From positions 64,001-128,000 of the forward strand of contig OZ220732.1 of assembly GCA_965116905.1 (NCBI GenBank): 64,000 nucleotides of DNA. The letters run 5' to 3'. Both the position numbers and the translations under genes were made by a program. Within the stretch, counting starts at the first letter, position 1, and every line of letters starts with the position of its first letter. Below the pieces are notes generated by a model. That model did not search any database and was not told where the DNA came from. It was given only the letters and a program-made list of their open reading frames with translations. Of the stretch, positions 60,830-64,000 are shown piece after piece. Origin of the DNA: Longimicrobiales bacterium. Lineage in GTDB: Bacteria; Gemmatimonadota; Gemmatimonadetes; Longimicrobiales; Gaopeijiaceae.

Positions 60830-61999
60830 TCAACTCCCTTCCAGTTCCGTCCCCTCGTTGAGAATCGCGACGTACCGACGGTACGCAAACAGCCGGCCGC
60901 GGCGTCTGCCCGTAACCTCCCCGACGATGCCCTGGTCGACCAGCAACTCCATCGCTGAGGATGCACCGGAAAAGGAGAGGCTCGCGCGCTCGGCAGCCTC
61001 GGTAATCGACAGAATGGGCCGTTCCCTGAGCGCGGCGTAGACGCGAAGCGCAGAGCCAGCGCGGCGTCCCAGTTTCTCGATTGCGTTTCTGTCGTTCGCG
61101 AAGAGCTCCAATAGCCTTCTGGTAGTGTTCACCGCCCCCGCCGCCGTGACCTGCACACCTTCCAGAAAGAACTCGAGCCACGCCTCCCAATCGCCGGTCT
61201 CGCGCACGCGGTCCAGGAGTTCATAGTAGGTGCTCCTGTGTTGCTTGAGGTACAGGCTCAGATACAGGAGGGGCTCCTGCAACACGCCGGCGTGGATCAG
61301 AAGGAGCGTGATCAGGAGCCTTCCCACCCTCCCGTTACCGTCGAGGAACGGGTGAATGGTCTCGAACTGAGCATGTGCCAGCCCGATCCGGACCAGCGTA
61401 GGCAAGCCGTCGTTCCGTGCGTGAAGGAAACGCTCCAGGTCCCCCATGCAGTCCTGTACCGCCGTGTGGGGCGGGGGCACAAAGGCAGCGTTGCCCGGTC
61501 GCGTACCCCCGATCCAGTTCTGCGAGCGGCGAAACTCGCCAGGGTCCTTGTGGCTCCCTCGCCCGCGCGAAAGGAGTACCCCGTGGATCTCCCGAATCAG
61601 CCGGTTCGAAAATGGGAAGTCCCCGGCAAGCCGAAGTCGGCCATGCTCCATCGCCGCCACGTAGTTCGAAGCCTCCACTACATCGTCGACCGGAACACCC
61701 GGGACTTCGTCCGCCTCGTAAAGGAGCAGGTCGGACAAGGAGGATTGTGTACCTTCGATCTGGGAAGAGAGCACCGCCTCCTTGCGGATGAAGACGTACA
61801 TGAAGAGCGTGCGGTCGGAGAGCATGGTGGACATGCCGTCCAGCCGGCCGAGGCTGATCGCGGCCGCTTCCAGCGCCGACCGCAGCGGCCCGTCAAGTAC
61901 CAGCCCGGGCTTCGGCGGCAACGGCAGGGGTACGAATGCGTTGACCCGCTCACCACCTGTCACGGTGATTTCGTATTTTCCGGTCGGTCCTCGGTGCAT
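60830..61999 (-). CDS. Fic family protein
   Basis: HPFLDGNGRVGR; N-terminal SSQIEG inhibitory motif; C-terminal wHTH-like region. Confidence 0.93.
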   Translation of the reverse strand: MHRGPTGKYEITVTGGERVNAFVPLPLPPKPGLVLDGPLRSALEAAAISLGRLDGMSTMLSDRTLFMYVFIRKEAVLSSQIEGTQSSLSDLLLYEADEVPGVPVDDVVEASNYVAAMEHGRLRLAGDFPFSNRLIREIHGVLLSRGRGSHKDPGEFRRSQNWIGGTRPGNAAFVPPPHTAVQDCMGDLERFLHARNDGLPTLVRIGLAHAQFETIHPFLDGNGRVGRLLITLLLIHAGVLQEPLLYLSLYLKQHRSTYYELLDRVRETGDWEAWLEFFLEGVQVTAAGAVNTTRRLLELFANDRNAIEKLGRRAGSALRVYAALRERPILSITEAAERASLSFSGASSAMELLVDQGIVGEVTGRRRGRLFAYRRYVAILNEGTELEGS

Positions 62000-62202
62000 C
62001 GTTGCGACCTCGCTGCCGGTTTCGGTTATTCCAGAGAAGCGAATAGCGAATGTTGTTATTCTGTTTGAGATCCAAAAACATAATAACGACACCGTCGCGG
62101 TCGAAAGTGGGCGCCGGCGACGTTGCTATTCTGTTTTCTGCAATAACCCGACCCAATAATTCTGTTTTTCGTGTCAAATCAAAACAATCTCCCCTGAAAA
62201 CC

Positions 62203-62895
62203 ATGACTATATCCAGCTCGCGACCCCGCCCAACGTCATTCATCCTCCTCGCCGTCGCTTGCGTCACCGCTTGCGTCGCGATCCCCGAGGAGCCCGATCC
62301 GGTTCTGCTCGAGGCCATCGACTGGTACACCGGCGTGGCTGGCTCGGTGGACAACGACCGCGCCCGGGAATTGCTGGAAGAGGCAATGGCGGGCGGAGGC
62401 CCGCTCGCGATGATGTGGCTGGCCCGGGTTCACTCGACCGGACGCATGGGATTCCCGCGCGACGAGGAACAGGCCCGCGACATCGCCGCCGGGATGATTC
62501 GGGAGGTGCAGCGCGCGGCGGAATCCGGCGTCCTGGAGGCGGTATTCCTGATGGGAACGGCCTACGACGAGGGGCTGGGGAAGCCGGTCGATCACGAACT
62601 CGCGGCGGTATGGCACCGACGGGCGGCCGAGCGCGGCCATGTCCTCGGTGCGCACAACATCGGCAACCAGTACAGCGAGGGACGCGGGGTGGCCGAGGAC
62701 CCCGAGCAGGCGGTGGTGTGGTGGACGCGGGCCGCCGAGCGGGGTGATGCGATTACGCAGCTGCGCCTGGGCGAATCATACGAAGCCGGGCGTGGGGTGA
62801 CACGTGACCTCGATGCGGCGCGGGAGTGGTATGGGCGGGCGGCGGCAGCAGGGAATCAGGACGCCCGCGCGGCGCTGGAGCGGCTGGGGAGCTGA
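62203..62895 (+). CDS. Sel1-like repeat protein (exported)
   Basis: GTAYDEGLG, GNQYSEGRGV, GESYEAGRGV repeats. Confidence 0.88.
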   Translation: MTISSSRPRPTSFILLAVACVTACVAIPEEPDPVLLEAIDWYTGVAGSVDNDRARELLEEAMAGGGPLAMMWLARVHSTGRMGFPRDEEQARDIAAGMIREVQRAAESGVLEAVFLMGTAYDEGLGKPVDHELAAVWHRRAAERGHVLGAHNIGNQYSEGRGVAEDPEQAVVWWTRAAERGDAITQLRLGESYEAGRGVTRDLDAAREWYGRAAAAGNQDARAALERLGS

Positions 62896-63080
62896 GTACG
62901 ACTCGGCCCTCCACGGTGGATGACGGCGATGATCAGCCCGAACAGTCCGAATTGGAGCAGCAGGTAGCCCGTCTCCATCCAGATGAACGACCACGCTTCC
63001 GGCACCGTCTGTTTGGCGACGAAGGCGAGCACGTGTGAGGTCCAGAAGAATGCGCCTGTGATGAGGGCGAAATGTTCGGA
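62856..63080 (-). pseudogene. Possible 5'-truncated membrane-protein remnant
   Basis: ALITGAFFWTSHVLAFVAK...YLLLQFGLFGLIIAVIH looks like real TM helices but has no plausible start downstream of sbcC. Confidence 0.4.
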
Positions 63081-63085
63081 CCCCG

Positions 63086-64000
63086 CTATTCCAGCAGCCC
63101 CGCCAGTGCCGAAGCCCCCTCCAGGCCGGCATCTCCACGCGCAAGTTCGTGCCGCTGCGAGCGTGAAAGCCATGTCACCTGGCTGCCCGATACGGTCCGC
63201 CTCACGGCGAGCACATCGTCGATCTGCTCCGCCACGGCAGCCACGTGGGAGATCACTCCCACCATCCGGCCCTTCCCCGACACCGTCGAGAGCGCCTCGA
63301 TGGCGGCATCGAGGTTGCTGCGGTCCAGCGACCCGAAGCCTTCGTCCAGGAAGAGCGACTCGAGGCGGCCGCCGCTTCGGGCCATCATCTCAACCATGCC
63401 CAGCGCGAGCGCCAGCGACCCGATGAACTGCTCGCCGCCGGAAAGGCTGGCGGGAGAGCGCGCCTCGCCGGAGTCGCTGTCAACCACGAGCCACTCCTGG
63501 TCCTCGTGGTCGCCCGGGTCGGCGAACGCGTAGCGGCCGCCGGTGATCTCCTCCAGCATGCAGGACGCGTAAACCAGAAGGTCGCGCGAGCGCCGCAGCG
63601 TGAGCCACTTGAGGAAAGCTCCCGGCTTGAGCGCGGCGTCGAGGTCGCCCAGCGCGAGTTCCAGGGCGGCGACCTCGTCGGCGGTATTCCGGAGTTTCAG
63701 AACATCTTCGAGGACCGCGGCGAACGCGTCGCGGGCACGCTGCGCGTCCCGGGCAACGTAACGGGCGTCGTCGGCGAGCGTGTCGGTGCGTTGAGCCAGG
63801 GCGTCGAGGTCGGTGGCATCGGCGGACGGATCCAGCTGGCCGGCGATCTGGCGCGCTTCCTTCCGGGCTTCGTCCGCGGCGGCGATGGCACGGCGACGGA
63901 GGTCTCCCGCCAGCGTCAACGTCTCGGCCATCGCGTCGCGGAGCCGGTCGATCCCGTCGCTGAGGGCGTCCGTCTCGACCGGATAGTAGAGCGCGGCGGG
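63086..64000 (-). CDS. sbcC: SbcC/Rad50-like SMC ATPase, C-terminal part (runs off the window)
   Basis: LSGGEQF signature, LFLDEGFGSLD Walker B/D-loop, GVISH. Confidence 0.85.
   Translation of the reverse strand, partial: PAALYYPVETDALSDGIDRLRDAMAETLTLAGDLRRRAIAAADEARKEARQIAGQLDPSADATDLDALAQRTDTLADDARYVARDAQRARDAFAAVLEDVLKLRNTADEVAALELALGDLDAALKPGAFLKWLTLRRSRDLLVYASCMLEEITGGRYAFADPGDHEDQEWLVVDSDSGEARSPASLSGGEQFIGSLALALGMVEMMARSGGRLESLFLDEGFGSLDRSNLDAAIEALSTVSGKGRMVGVISHVAAVAEQIDDVLAVRRTVSGSQVTWLSRSQRHELARGDAGLEGASALAGLLE

Overview
This is a very GC-rich bacterial chromosomal window. The gene content suggests a Gram-negative organism, possibly Gemmatimonadota-like (inference only). The left end (~600-4070) holds a probable integrative mobilizable element: a candidate oriT hairpin, mobC, a ColE1-MbeA-like relaxase with two nested genes (MbeB- and MbeD-like), a tyrosine integrase and att-like imperfect inverted repeats. 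A 15.6-kb minus-strand run follows, from thiC to a PaaK-like ligase; it contains an acyl-CoA-ligase/Liv-type ABC cluster split by a four-gene block (AbgB-like amidohydrolase, DUF3299, ABC exporter). Housekeeping and metabolic genes include an SLC13 permease, M14 peptidase, two-subunit aconitase X, type III glutamine synthetase, multicopper oxidase, TonB-dependent receptor, Gld-like ABC system, GMC oxidoreductase and a partial SbcC. Small selfish or defence cassettes sit between them (two VapBC pairs, AAA_14/DUF4143, HipBA, Fic), most with visible operator palindromes. The best candidate for an undescribed system is a tightly coupled four-gene operon at 32738-37689. It encodes a multi-TM helical protein, a membrane-anchored VWA-like protein, a MotA/ExbB/ZorA-like channel protein with a long helical tail, and a MotB/ZorB-like protein with Glu in place of the channel Asp, a long coiled coil and no OmpA domain. 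This is Zorya-like in its core but has different partners. All family calls are by motif recognition; no database searches were run. I saw no rRNA, tRNA or CRISPR array.
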